A DNA stretch of 32,000 nucleotides from contig CAZMGY010000015.1 in the NCBI GenBank assembly GCA_964565945.1, positions 51,789 to 83,788 on the forward strand, written 5' to 3'. Below the pieces are notes generated by a model. That model was not told where the DNA came from and searched no databases. It was given only the letters and a program-made list of their open reading frames with translations. The position numbers and the translations under genes are program-made. Positions 23,938-32,000 of this stretch are shown here, in pieces. The DNA is from an uncultured bacterium (GTDB lineage Bacteria > GCA-001730085). Positions within the stretch are counted from its first letter, which is position 1. The number at the start of each line of letters is the position of its first letter.

Positions 23938-23996
23938 TGCTCATCTCCCATCTTAATTTCCATTCTCCCCTCCCCCCCCCAATTGAATCACAAAGC

Positions 23997-24668
23997 TCAT
24001 TTTAACATACCCTTTTCAACAAAACTAATATAACGATGATCTCCTAAAATAAGATGATCGAGAACATTAACATGAATCAACGACAACGCTTCTTGAATAT
24101 TAAAAGTGATATCCTTATCAGCCTGTGACGGTTTGGGATGACCACTAGGGTGATTGTGACACAGAATAACCGCCTTAGCGTTATGCTTAATCACCATTTC
24201 AACAATATTTCGCACATAGACAGGGGCTTGATCGATTGTCCCCTGGGATAACTCTTCTTCGGCAATCAGCTGATGCTGTGCATCTAAAAAAAGAACTTTA
24301 AACACTTCTTGACGGCCTCGGTCACGAGCCATCATTAAATAATCCACCACCGCTTGAGCCTGAAAAAAAACTGGTTTTTGCGACACTTGCTCTTTGAATG
24401 TTTCGGCCATCACTGCTTTGAGGATTGTTAAAAGCAGACTGGTTTTGGAACCCAAGCCCTCAAGCTGTTCCAAATCACGTCGATCAGCATGAAAAACACC
24501 CAACAAACTACCAAATTTTTTCAGCAAAGCCTTAGCTAAAGGCTTACAGTCTTTACGGGAAATCACCAGAGTAAGTAATAACTCTAATTTTTCGTGCTCC
24601 GCAAACCCATGAATGCCGACATCTTCAAATCTTTGATACAAACGCTGGCGATGACCTTCCATAACCAT
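23997..24668 (-). CDS. radC: RadC-family JAB/MPN-domain protein
   Basis: C-terminal VILCHNHPSGHPKPSQADKDIT...VLDHLILGD (JAMM-type motif) and N-terminal HhH-like LELLLTLVISRKDCKPLAKALLKKFGSL. I prefer ATG 24668 (MVMEGHRQRL) to the track start at 24737. Confidence 0.85.
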   Translation of the reverse strand: MVMEGHRQRLYQRFEDVGIHGFAEHEKLELLLTLVISRKDCKPLAKALLKKFGSLLGVFHADRRDLEQLEGLGSKTSLLLTILKAVMAETFKEQVSQKPVFFQAQAVVDYLMMARDRGRQEVFKVLFLDAQHQLIAEEELSQGTIDQAPVYVRNIVEMVIKHNAKAVILCHNHPSGHPKPSQADKDITFNIQEALSLIHVNVLDHLILGDHRYISFVEKGMLK

Positions 24669-24803
24669 CTTAACTCCTTCACACGCAAAGACCGTTATTG
24701 TACCATTGGAAACTTTAGGCATCACGCCCCAAGGCAATTTGGGCGTTCATACTACCAGCATGAGATAATTGGCTCACATCAGCTTCAACAGTAAAATTAA
24801 AAT

Positions 24804-27398
24804 CTAAGATACAAGCACGTCTACCTTCTGGATGTGACAGGATGCTAAATCCTGATCAAATACAGCAAACACATCACGTAAAAAGTCTTGAATGGTTAAG
24901 GAGGGCTTCCCTTGTTGATAAAATAGCTGCAAATCCATTCTTTTTGGGGCATCTTCACTTAAATCACAAGACAAGACCCAATCCTTGGTCTCAAACTTTT
25001 GCTCGTCTTTAGCATTGGGCTTGCCCGCTAAGACAGATTTTTGCTTGTGCCATGCTTTTAAACTTGCCCCAATCTGATCATGCGACCATGTCGCAGGAAA
25101 ATCAATGTAATAACGATAGTATCCTTTGAAAGATTTGATCGAAAAATCATGCGGTTTCAGTTTAAAAACATTGGCCACATAAAGACCTTGAGGCAAGGTT
25201 TGGTTCAATAGATTCACCACATCATTATCAGGCTCCTTACGCAATTGCAAATCTAAATATTCAACATTAGAACTCACGCCCAACTTAGTCGAAGGCCCCG
25301 CCACCATTTTTATACGAGGAGAAAACCCCTGGGAATACTTAAACTCAAGACCAATCCGACGAAAAGCGCCTTCAAAATGGGTCAAACAATCCCGATGCGA
25401 TAAAAAACGCGCCAAGCCCTGCTTAATGTAGTGCAATCGATATAGGTAAGTCGGTTGTTTCTGATCGACCTGCTCTTTCATGCGTTGCTTTTCTACATGT
25501 GAAAGCTCACGCATTTTTTCAACCACCTCCTCATCACGCACCACACGGGGCTCTTGAGCCAGTTGAATGTCTTCGTAATTACCCGGAATTCCACAATGCG
25601 AACATTCCCCCCATTTGCAATCGGGTACATACGCTAACTTGTCGGCGTTGCGACGTTCGCGTTTAAAGACACCTTTCAAAATCCCCGTATGAATCACATC
25701 CCAGGGCAAAGGCTCATCAAAATCACGTTGCCGTTGAAAGGTTGTGTGCTCCACGCCACACGTTTCAAAGGCTTTGCGCCAATTTTCCCAATTATAAATT
25801 TCGGTCCAGCAATCAAAGCAAGCCCCATTTTTGTAGGCCTGATAAATTACCTGAGCAGCTCTGCGATCGGAACGAGACAAACTTGATTCCAAACGGTAGT
25901 TGTTTATATCATGAACACTAAAACGGCCTAAACGACGAAACCCCTGACACAAATAATTGATTTTCTTTTTCAAATCGTCCTCATCCGCACAAGCATCCCA
26001 TTGTAAAGCTGTGAAGGGTTTAGGTGAAAGAATACCAATATTGGCACTGATCGAATTGCGCTTGCTAAACTTCTTCCCTATTTTCAAAATGCTTCGCGCC
26101 AACCAAACAATGCTTTCAATATCCTCCCAAGTCTCCGAAGGAATCCCAATCATAAAATAGAGCTTCACATTTTTCCAGCCATTCTTATAGGCCATTTCGG
26201 CAGCATCAAACATCTGTTGATTGGTGATATTTTTATTAATGAATTGCCTTAAACGTTCACTTCCTGTTTCGGGAGCAAAGGTCAAACTTTGGCCGTGCAC
26301 ATCATCCATCTCTAAGGCCAAACCAGCGGTAAACTTATCAGCGCGCAAAGAAGGCAATGATACGCTAATGTGCCGATCGCGAGGAAAATTTTTCTTGGTC
26401 AGGTAAATCATATCAGTCACACGGCTATAATCAGCCGTGCTTAACGACATCAACCCCACGTCATTCAGACCAGTCGTCGCCACACCGTGCTCAACCGCCG
26501 CCATTACTTGAGAAGGCTCCATTTCTCGCACAGGACGATCCCAATAACCAGCCTGACAAAAACGACACCCTTGTGTGCAACCACGCATCACTTCGACGCC
26601 GACACGACTATGAATCGGTTGGATATTGGGAACAATTTGAGCCCCCAAATAATAGCGATTATCGACTTGATCAACCCAGGTTCGTTGAATGCGCTTCGCT
26701 TTGTTTTCTGGCTTAGCCGTTTCAGTCAAAACATCACCTTTTGCATTGACCCACGTCTCGTGCAACACAGGCACATACACACCCGGCACACTCGACAGCA
26801 ACCTCAATGTTTCTTGACGGGACAAACCCTGTTGTTTCGCAGAGCTCATTAATTGTAAAATCGGCGGCAACACCACTTCACCATCACCAATCACAAAAAA
26901 ATCAAAAAAATCGGCCACAGGTTCAGGGTTAGCCATATTGGGACCTCCCGCTAAAACTAAAGGGTCAGTCTCATTGCGATCACGACTAAACACAGGAATC
27001 TTAGCCAACTCTAACATATAAGGAACATTCGAAAAACAAAGCTCTGTTTGCAAGGTAAAACCCAAGGCATCAAAGTGCTTGAGGGGAGTTAAGGTTTCCA
27101 TCGAATACAAAGGGATATCGTGCTTTTCCATTTGTTCACGCATATCCAGCCAAGGGCAATAACTGCGCTCCATAGCCCAACCTTCGGTACCATTAACCAA
27201 ATTATACAATACGTTGATGCCCGTATTGCTCATGCCCAATTCATACACATCGGGATAGGTTAAACACATCTGCATAGGAGCTTCTTCGGCAGTTTTATAA
27301 ACCGCACCCACCTCTCGTCCCAAGTAACGTCCTGGCTTTTGCACATAAGGTAAAATGTGATCTAGAAGATTTTCAATCTCTTGAGATGTTTTTAACAT
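24804..27398 (-). CDS. B12-binding-domain radical SAM protein fused to a DUF2344-type C-terminal domain
   Basis: 864 aa. Radical SAM motif CTQGCRFCQAGYW; N-terminal YPDVYELGMSNTGINVLY. The C-terminal YRLHYIKQGLARFLSHRDCLTHFEGAFRRIGLEFKYSQGFSPRIK is typical of the radical-SAM-associated DUF2344 family, which is usually a separate or fused partner. Confidence 0.8.
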   Translation of the reverse strand: MLKTSQEIENLLDHILPYVQKPGRYLGREVGAVYKTAEEAPMQMCLTYPDVYELGMSNTGINVLYNLVNGTEGWAMERSYCPWLDMREQMEKHDIPLYSMETLTPLKHFDALGFTLQTELCFSNVPYMLELAKIPVFSRDRNETDPLVLAGGPNMANPEPVADFFDFFVIGDGEVVLPPILQLMSSAKQQGLSRQETLRLLSSVPGVYVPVLHETWVNAKGDVLTETAKPENKAKRIQRTWVDQVDNRYYLGAQIVPNIQPIHSRVGVEVMRGCTQGCRFCQAGYWDRPVREMEPSQVMAAVEHGVATTGLNDVGLMSLSTADYSRVTDMIYLTKKNFPRDRHISVSLPSLRADKFTAGLALEMDDVHGQSLTFAPETGSERLRQFINKNITNQQMFDAAEMAYKNGWKNVKLYFMIGIPSETWEDIESIVWLARSILKIGKKFSKRNSISANIGILSPKPFTALQWDACADEDDLKKKINYLCQGFRRLGRFSVHDINNYRLESSLSRSDRRAAQVIYQAYKNGACFDCWTEIYNWENWRKAFETCGVEHTTFQRQRDFDEPLPWDVIHTGILKGVFKRERRNADKLAYVPDCKWGECSHCGIPGNYEDIQLAQEPRVVRDEEVVEKMRELSHVEKQRMKEQVDQKQPTYLYRLHYIKQGLARFLSHRDCLTHFEGAFRRIGLEFKYSQGFSPRIKMVAGPSTKLGVSSNVEYLDLQLRKEPDNDVVNLLNQTLPQGLYVANVFKLKPHDFSIKSFKGYYRYYIDFPATWSHDQIGASLKAWHKQKSVLAGKPNAKDEQKFETKDWVLSCDLSEDAPKRMDLQLFYQQGKPSLTIQDFLRDVFAVFDQDLASCHIQKVDVLVS

Positions 27399-27566
27399 TT
27401 TTCTATCTCTTTCCCTATCATCCCGAGATCACCTTAACATTTAGCCCACAACTATACGCGACCTCACCCAGCAACTTCGACTAAGCGCCCCATTATCACA
27501 GACTAAAGTCAACTAAGCATTTGATTTTTATAAATCGTTATTATAACATAGCTTGAGGATACTTTT

Positions 27567-27980
27567 ATGTACACCAAAAAATATAAAATTCGCATGCACG
27601 ACACTGATGCCGCAGGAGTTACCTTTTTTGCCAGTCAGTTCCGGATTGCTCACGAAGCCTACGAAGAATTTGCCGACAAACTCGGTTTTGGTTTTGGCAA
27701 ACTGTTGGAAAAAAACAAATACTTCATTCCCATTGTGCATGCCGAAGCCGACTATAAGTGCCCTCTCTCGATTGGAACCACTATCAAAATCAACCTAGCG
27801 GTCGAACATGTTGGTAAACACTCGTACACCATCGCTTATAGCCTCGAAAAATCCGACTTACTGCATAAAACTATTGTCGGCACTGCCAAAACCGTCCATG
27901 TGGTGATCGATGCCCGCACCGAAAAGAAAACCGCGATTCCAAAAAACATTCGCTATGCCCTCGAAAAAAATTTAGCTTAA
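27567..27980 (+). CDS. Hotdog-fold acyl-CoA thioesterase (4HBT/YbgC class; possibly DHNA-CoA thioesterase)
   Basis: 137 aa. KIRMHDTDAAGVTFFASQF carries the 4HBT-type catalytic Asp context. GAGGA 8 nt upstream of the ATG. Confidence 0.7.
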   Translation: MYTKKYKIRMHDTDAAGVTFFASQFRIAHEAYEEFADKLGFGFGKLLEKNKYFIPIVHAEADYKCPLSIGTTIKINLAVEHVGKHSYTIAYSLEKSDLLHKTIVGTAKTVHVVIDARTEKKTAIPKNIRYALEKNLA

Positions 27981-29359
27981 AGCAAAACTTCAAAATGCTT
28001 GCGCTGAGGCTTCATCGTGACCTGCACGTTTTCTGGCCAGGGATAAAAAGCATCGGGGACCTTGAAGGTCTCAAGGTGTTGCGCCACATAAGTTTCACAT
28101 TCTTCAGTGGTCCAAGCACGATCAGACTGTATAAAAGCCACTGGCCGCTGACCAAACTCTTCATCCTCACGAGGCACCACAACCACCTGCTGAAACCCTT
28201 CACAACCCAAAAGACACTGCTCAATCTCCTCGGGATAAATATTTTCTCCTCCCGAAATAAACATCGCATCTTTACGGCCCTTAATCACCAACTGCTCCTC
28301 GTCTGCATCCAACCATTCGGCAATATCTCCAGTATGGTACCAACCTTCGGCATCAAAAGGAAATTCAAGGCCATTTTCGGTCCAATAACCTCGACAAAGG
28401 CTATCCCCTTTAACCCAAACCTCACCATCTTCAGCCAGTTTAAGCTCACGAAAAGGCACCAATTCACCCGAATGCAAAGGAAAACCCTCACTGGTATCAT
28501 CCAAACTAGTGCAAACTTGTGACGCCATTTCGGTTAATCCATACGACGTATGCACCCGAAGTTTCTTATCAGCAGCTTCCTGCAAAAGACTTTTCGAGAC
28601 AGCGCTGCCCCCCACAACAATGGCGTAAAGATTTTTGGCATAGTCCACAGCCTCCTCATCATCGAGCAAGCGCTTCAATTGTGTCGCCACCAAAGAGATA
28701 TGAGACACCTCGTCCATAGCGCACACCTCGGACAAACTTTGTTCTTGAGTCGGAATTACCAAAATTCCTTGAGCTTGCAAAACACGCGTCAGTACCGAAA
28801 ATCCCCCCATGTGATACAAGGGCAAGGTCATAGCCCAACCCGAATTTTTATCAAAATCCAAATGATCATTCACGCCTGAGGCAGAAAAATACAAGTTTCG
28901 ATGATGATGTACGACATATTTCGGCTGACCGCTGCTGCCCGAAGTTGTCATCATAGTGGCCCAAGTTGTATCATCCAAGGGTTTTCCAACGTACTCTAGT
29001 TCTTGATGCTTAGATTCGCTATACAATTTTTGCAAATCAACTTCCCGCCAACAGTGCTCTACTTGCAAAACACGGCGGGCTTCACGCAACTGTTCTTCGG
29101 TGTAACGTGTGCTTAAAGGGCAAACCACCACCTCAAAACGCCACAAAGCGACAATTATGCTTACCGCAAGAAGACTATTTGGAACCACAATCGCCACTCT
29201 CTGGCCCGACTGTAGGCCTAAGTTCTCCAGGGAATGACTTAATTGATTCACATAACGGTCCCACTCCGTAAACGTCCAACACGTTTCGCCTTCCACAACT
29301 CCTATCGAATCCCCCGCCACGCAGCGAGCCACTTTGAGGGGACATGCAAATAACGACAT
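27977..29359 (-). CDS. AMP-dependent acyl-CoA ligase, MenE (o-succinylbenzoate-CoA ligase)-like
   Basis: Adenylation motifs TTSGSSGQPKYV, YGLTEMAS, YHTGDIAEW and GRKDAMFISGGENIYPEEIE. About 460 aa, short as in MenE. AGGTGA 5 nt upstream of ATG 29359 (track start 29374). The superfamily is certain; the MenE specificity is inferred from size and the neighbouring thioesterase. Confidence 0.6.
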   Translation of the reverse strand: MSLFACPLKVARCVAGDSIGVVEGETCWTFTEWDRYVNQLSHSLENLGLQSGQRVAIVVPNSLLAVSIIVALWRFEVVVCPLSTRYTEEQLREARRVLQVEHCWREVDLQKLYSESKHQELEYVGKPLDDTTWATMMTTSGSSGQPKYVVHHHRNLYFSASGVNDHLDFDKNSGWAMTLPLYHMGGFSVLTRVLQAQGILVIPTQEQSLSEVCAMDEVSHISLVATQLKRLLDDEEAVDYAKNLYAIVVGGSAVSKSLLQEAADKKLRVHTSYGLTEMASQVCTSLDDTSEGFPLHSGELVPFRELKLAEDGEVWVKGDSLCRGYWTENGLEFPFDAEGWYHTGDIAEWLDADEEQLVIKGRKDAMFISGGENIYPEEIEQCLLGCEGFQQVVVVPREDEEFGQRPVAFIQSDRAWTTEECETYVAQHLETFKVPDAFYPWPENVQVTMKPQRKHFEVLL

Positions 29360-29457
29360 TCTTTCACCTAACATCTAACTAATGACACAAAGTTGAGGTT
29401 GATTATATAATAAAGTTTTTGTACTAACCACTATTTAAAAGATCTTTAAACTCAATT

Positions 29458-30315
29458 ATGCGCTTACGATATAAAATTGGGATTCTTCATATGCTGCAAG
29501 CGACCCTGGCCTTAAGTCTTATGGCAGCTTGCAGCAAACTTGCGACACCGTTTTTATCGGTATTTGCCATCGTCTTTTACCGCAGTCTTTTGGGTACAAT
29601 ATTTTTGATTCCTTTTGTATGCAAAAATCCCAACAAGCTTAAAGGTTTTTCTAAACACGATCAAAGGGTGATTCTCCTTCGCTGTCTGTCAGGATTTTTG
29701 GCCTTATGCTGCTTTTATTATACCCTAGCCAAGGTAGAATTAGGCGCAGCGGTCGTCCTTAACTACACCTCACCAATTTTTATAGCGCTGCTATCAGCAG
29801 TGCTACTCAACGAAAAGATTCATTGGTGGCAAGGACTGTTAACGCTCCTTTCCTTTTTCGGCGTCTACATTGTGATGGAACCCTACCTATACTTTCAACC
29901 CTTGTCCGTGTTCATCGGACTTTTATCAGGGTTTCTCACAGCAGTGTCGTATGTTGCCATTCGCTTTTTAAGCGGCTCGGTTCATCACCAAAGCATCGTT
30001 CTATTCTTCTCCTCTTTTTCGACCTTAGCCGCAATTCCATTTGCTTTTGTTTATGATTTTTCTTTGAACCTATACGTCTTAGCTCCTCTTTTGGGTGTCG
30101 GCTTTTTAGCCTATATAGGACAAGTGAAACTCACATCAGCCTTCACCAAAGCACCTGCATCCCTGGTGTCTAACTTTGGTTATTTGAATGTGATTTTCGC
30201 TGCATTATGGGGATTCCTTTTTTGGAACGAATCCTTATCTTGGCGATTAATTACTGGAGCAAGCCTTATTATCCTTAGCGGAGCTGTGCTAAGAAGTTTC
30301 TACCGCCAACACTAA
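29458..30315 (+). CDS. EamA/DMT-family transporter
   Basis: 285 aa, about 10 hydrophobic helices in two similar halves. Start uncertain (ATG 29458 or 29491). Confidence 0.75.
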   Translation: MRLRYKIGILHMLQATLALSLMAACSKLATPFLSVFAIVFYRSLLGTIFLIPFVCKNPNKLKGFSKHDQRVILLRCLSGFLALCCFYYTLAKVELGAAVVLNYTSPIFIALLSAVLLNEKIHWWQGLLTLLSFFGVYIVMEPYLYFQPLSVFIGLLSGFLTAVSYVAIRFLSGSVHHQSIVLFFSSFSTLAAIPFAFVYDFSLNLYVLAPLLGVGFLAYIGQVKLTSAFTKAPASLVSNFGYLNVIFAALWGFLFWNESLSWRLITGASLIILSGAVLRSFYRQH

Positions 30316-30322
30316 AAAGAAC

Positions 30323-30351
30323 TTGACTTTTCCCATCCCTTCCGCTATCGT
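30323..30351 (+). promoter_or_regulatory. Candidate sigma70-type promoter of the cold-shock-domain gene
   Basis: TTGACT (30323-30328), 17-nt spacer, TATCGT (30346-30351). This would give a leader of about 90 nt, as is common for csp genes. Confidence 0.35.
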
Positions 30352-30447
30352 GTAGGTAAGTTGTTTCTCGTCCGACGATTAGATGTTCCTTTCGTTTACG
30401 ACTTGCAAATATGCGAAGAAAAAATAAACTACACTAAGGAGTAAAGC

Positions 30448-30651
30448 ATGCTTAAAGGTAAAATCAAAAAACTGATTGATGACAGACTATTCGGATTTAT
30501 TCAAATGGACGATGGAAAAGAGATCTTTTTTCATGGTTCATCTCTGCAAGATAATCATTGGAATGATCTGGCTATCGATGCCGATGTTGAATTTGAAACA
30601 GAAAGTAGCCCTAAAGGTGATCGAGCTATCAACGTTCGCTTAGCACAGTAG
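30448..30651 (+). CDS. Cold-shock-domain (CSD/OB-fold) protein, divergent
   Basis: 67 aa. GKIKKLIDDRLFGFIQMDDGKEIFFHGSSL...VEFETESSPKGDRAINV follows the CspA layout (RNP1-like FGFI, RNP2-like IFFH). AAGGAG 8 nt upstream. Confidence 0.7.
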   Translation: MLKGKIKKLIDDRLFGFIQMDDGKEIFFHGSSLQDNHWNDLAIDADVEFETESSPKGDRAINVRLAQ

Positions 30652-30670
30652 AGCTACTTCATTCATTTAT

Positions 30671-30707
30671 AAAAAAAGACTGAGTTTAAAAACTCGGTCT
30701 TTTTTTA
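30671..30707. terminator. Bidirectional rho-independent terminator between the csp-like gene and hsdR
   Basis: AAAAAAAGACTGAG-tttaaaaa-CTCGGTCTTTTTTT: 8-bp stem with one G-U/mismatch, flanked by an A7 run and a T7 run. Confidence 0.7.
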
Positions 30708-30836
30708 TGACTTACACAAGGAATTAGGCTTGAACACATTCAACTAGAATTTTTAGCATATTCTGCTCAATAAGAGTTTGTAAAAAATGCTCCAAAGCAA
30801 AGATTTTATTTTTCAAGCTCGCGGACTTTGTTAAAA

Positions 30837-32000
30837 TTACACCTTGTCATTCGAGATATCAAAAAACCGCTCAAAAAATCTAGTCAGCTTTTCAATAACA
30901 CTCTCACGCATTTTACTTCGTTCGCCAGTTTCCGAAAAACGTGATACCACCGGTGGCAAAACTTTGGCAATAGATGTCCCGCTTGTTGTAACACTTCCAT
31001 CTCGAAACGCATTGCTCATAAATTTATATGTTGCATCTTGGTCAAGGTCTTCATCAGAAATAATTGATTCAAGTTCTTCCGTCTTTTTCTGCTTAACATA
31101 TTTCTGCCACTCGTCATCCACAGAGGCATCTACATCAAGTGAGGTAATAAACTGATTGATAAGATCTTTCTTGTTACGCAACTCAACACTCGAATCAATT
31201 GCCTTATTAATATCAATCAGAATTTCTCGGTTTTTCGTGTGATCCTCATGATATTTCTTGATAAGAGCGAAAATATAATCAATATTGATCTCGATCTGCT
31301 TGATCAACTCCATCTCGAACACCAAATCGTCATTGATGTTCTCTTTTTCCTCATCGCCTGTTTTTCGCAACTCTTTGTAGAGGTCAATGTATGCGCTATG
31401 ATAATCCTGAACATCTCGCTCCGTTAAGATCTCATTCCCGGGAAACTCATCAAAAGTGACTAATATATTACGTACTCGCAAAATAGCACCATAGAGCCTG
31501 ATAAAATCTTTCTGATTTTGTTCCCCCAATATCTGCTCACCAACAGGGAATCTCTCTAACAGCTCCTCAATTAAACTTTTATATCCTCGCACTTGCCTTT
31601 CGCCGTCTTTGTAGCCATGATAATATTCCTCATATGACTTCAAGAAAACAATACCGGAAGCCTCTTTGTCTCCAAAAAGCGCAATTGATTCATTGGTGGC
31701 TTTTTCTAAATTCCGGAAGCAAACAATATTCCCGAAGGTCTTAACACTATTCAAAATACGATTAGTGCGTGAATAGGCCTGAAGCAATCCATGCAATCGT
31801 AAGTTTTTATCAACCCAAAGCGTATTGAGCGTTGTTGCGTCAAATCCGGTTAAAAACATATTCACCACGATTAAAATATCAATTTCACGATTCTTTACTC
31901 GCTCACTAATGTCTTTATAATAATTCTGAAATTTATCAGACGAAGTATCATATGACGTTCCAAACATTGCGTTGTAGTCTTTGATCGCGTTATTCAAAAA
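30837..32000 (-). CDS. hsdR: Type I restriction enzyme R subunit HsdR, C-terminal ~387 aa (5' end beyond the right edge)
   Basis: Helicase motifs V/VI: ILIVVNMFLTGFDATTLNTLWVDKNL and LLQAYSRTNRI, followed by the long helical C-terminal region typical of HsdR. The frame is open to the window edge; the track's M at 31997 is a TTG codon. Confidence 0.9.
   Translation of the reverse strand, partial: FLNNAIKDYNAMFGTSYDTSSDKFQNYYKDISERVKNREIDILIVVNMFLTGFDATTLNTLWVDKNLRLHGLLQAYSRTNRILNSVKTFGNIVCFRNLEKATNESIALFGDKEASGIVFLKSYEEYYHGYKDGERQVRGYKSLIEELLERFPVGEQILGEQNQKDFIRLYGAILRVRNILVTFDEFPGNEILTERDVQDYHSAYIDLYKELRKTGDEEKENINDDLVFEMELIKQIEINIDYIFALIKKYHEDHTKNREILIDINKAIDSSVELRNKKDLINQFITSLDVDASVDDEWQKYVKQKKTEELESIISDEDLDQDATYKFMSNAFRDGSVTTSGTSIAKVLPPVVSRFSETGERSKMRESVIEKLTRFFERFFDISNDKV

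Noticed and set aside
27521-27549. Promoter for the thioesterase gene (TTGATT ... TATAAC/TAACAT).
   Set aside because: The spacer is 15 nt for the better -10 hexamer, and the hexamer at 17-nt spacing is poor. This is too weak to report as a feature.

Overview
AT-rich (about 40% GC by eye, not computed) chromosomal segment of a diderm bacterium that I cannot place taxonomically. Almost every gene is on the minus strand. Coordinates 17673 down to 1 form one co-directional string. It holds two diverged type IV pilus / type II secretion-like modules, each with a PilM-PilN fusion, a PilO-like gene, a PilP-like gene and a TPR plus secretin. Module B spans 17591->11498 and module A spans 6245->1385; module A is followed by a GspE/PilB/MshE-family ATPase that runs off the left edge. 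Between the modules lie purB-purC-purS, a DxDxDG lipoprotein, a 2 x ~117 bp tandem repeat and an orphan TpsB (ShlB/FhaC-type) transporter. The TPR/secretin domains are arranged differently in the two modules, and module B looks like a secretin split over two polypeptides; this is the most unusual thing I can support. Coordinates 17.7-19.1 kb are a decay zone with a coding remnant, a weak IS3 OrfA-like fragment and two broken small envelope-protein genes. Next comes a thiamine cluster: radC, a membrane protein, thiG, ldhA, thiH and a ThiS-ThiE fusion. After it lie a fused B12-binding radical SAM/DUF2344 gene, a convergent hotdog thioesterase and MenE-like ligase pair, an EamA transporter and a cold-shock-domain gene. 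A partial type I restriction hsdR sits at the right edge. I saw no rRNA, tRNA, CRISPR array or intact mobile element. All homology calls come from reading the translations and recognising motifs; no database search was possible.
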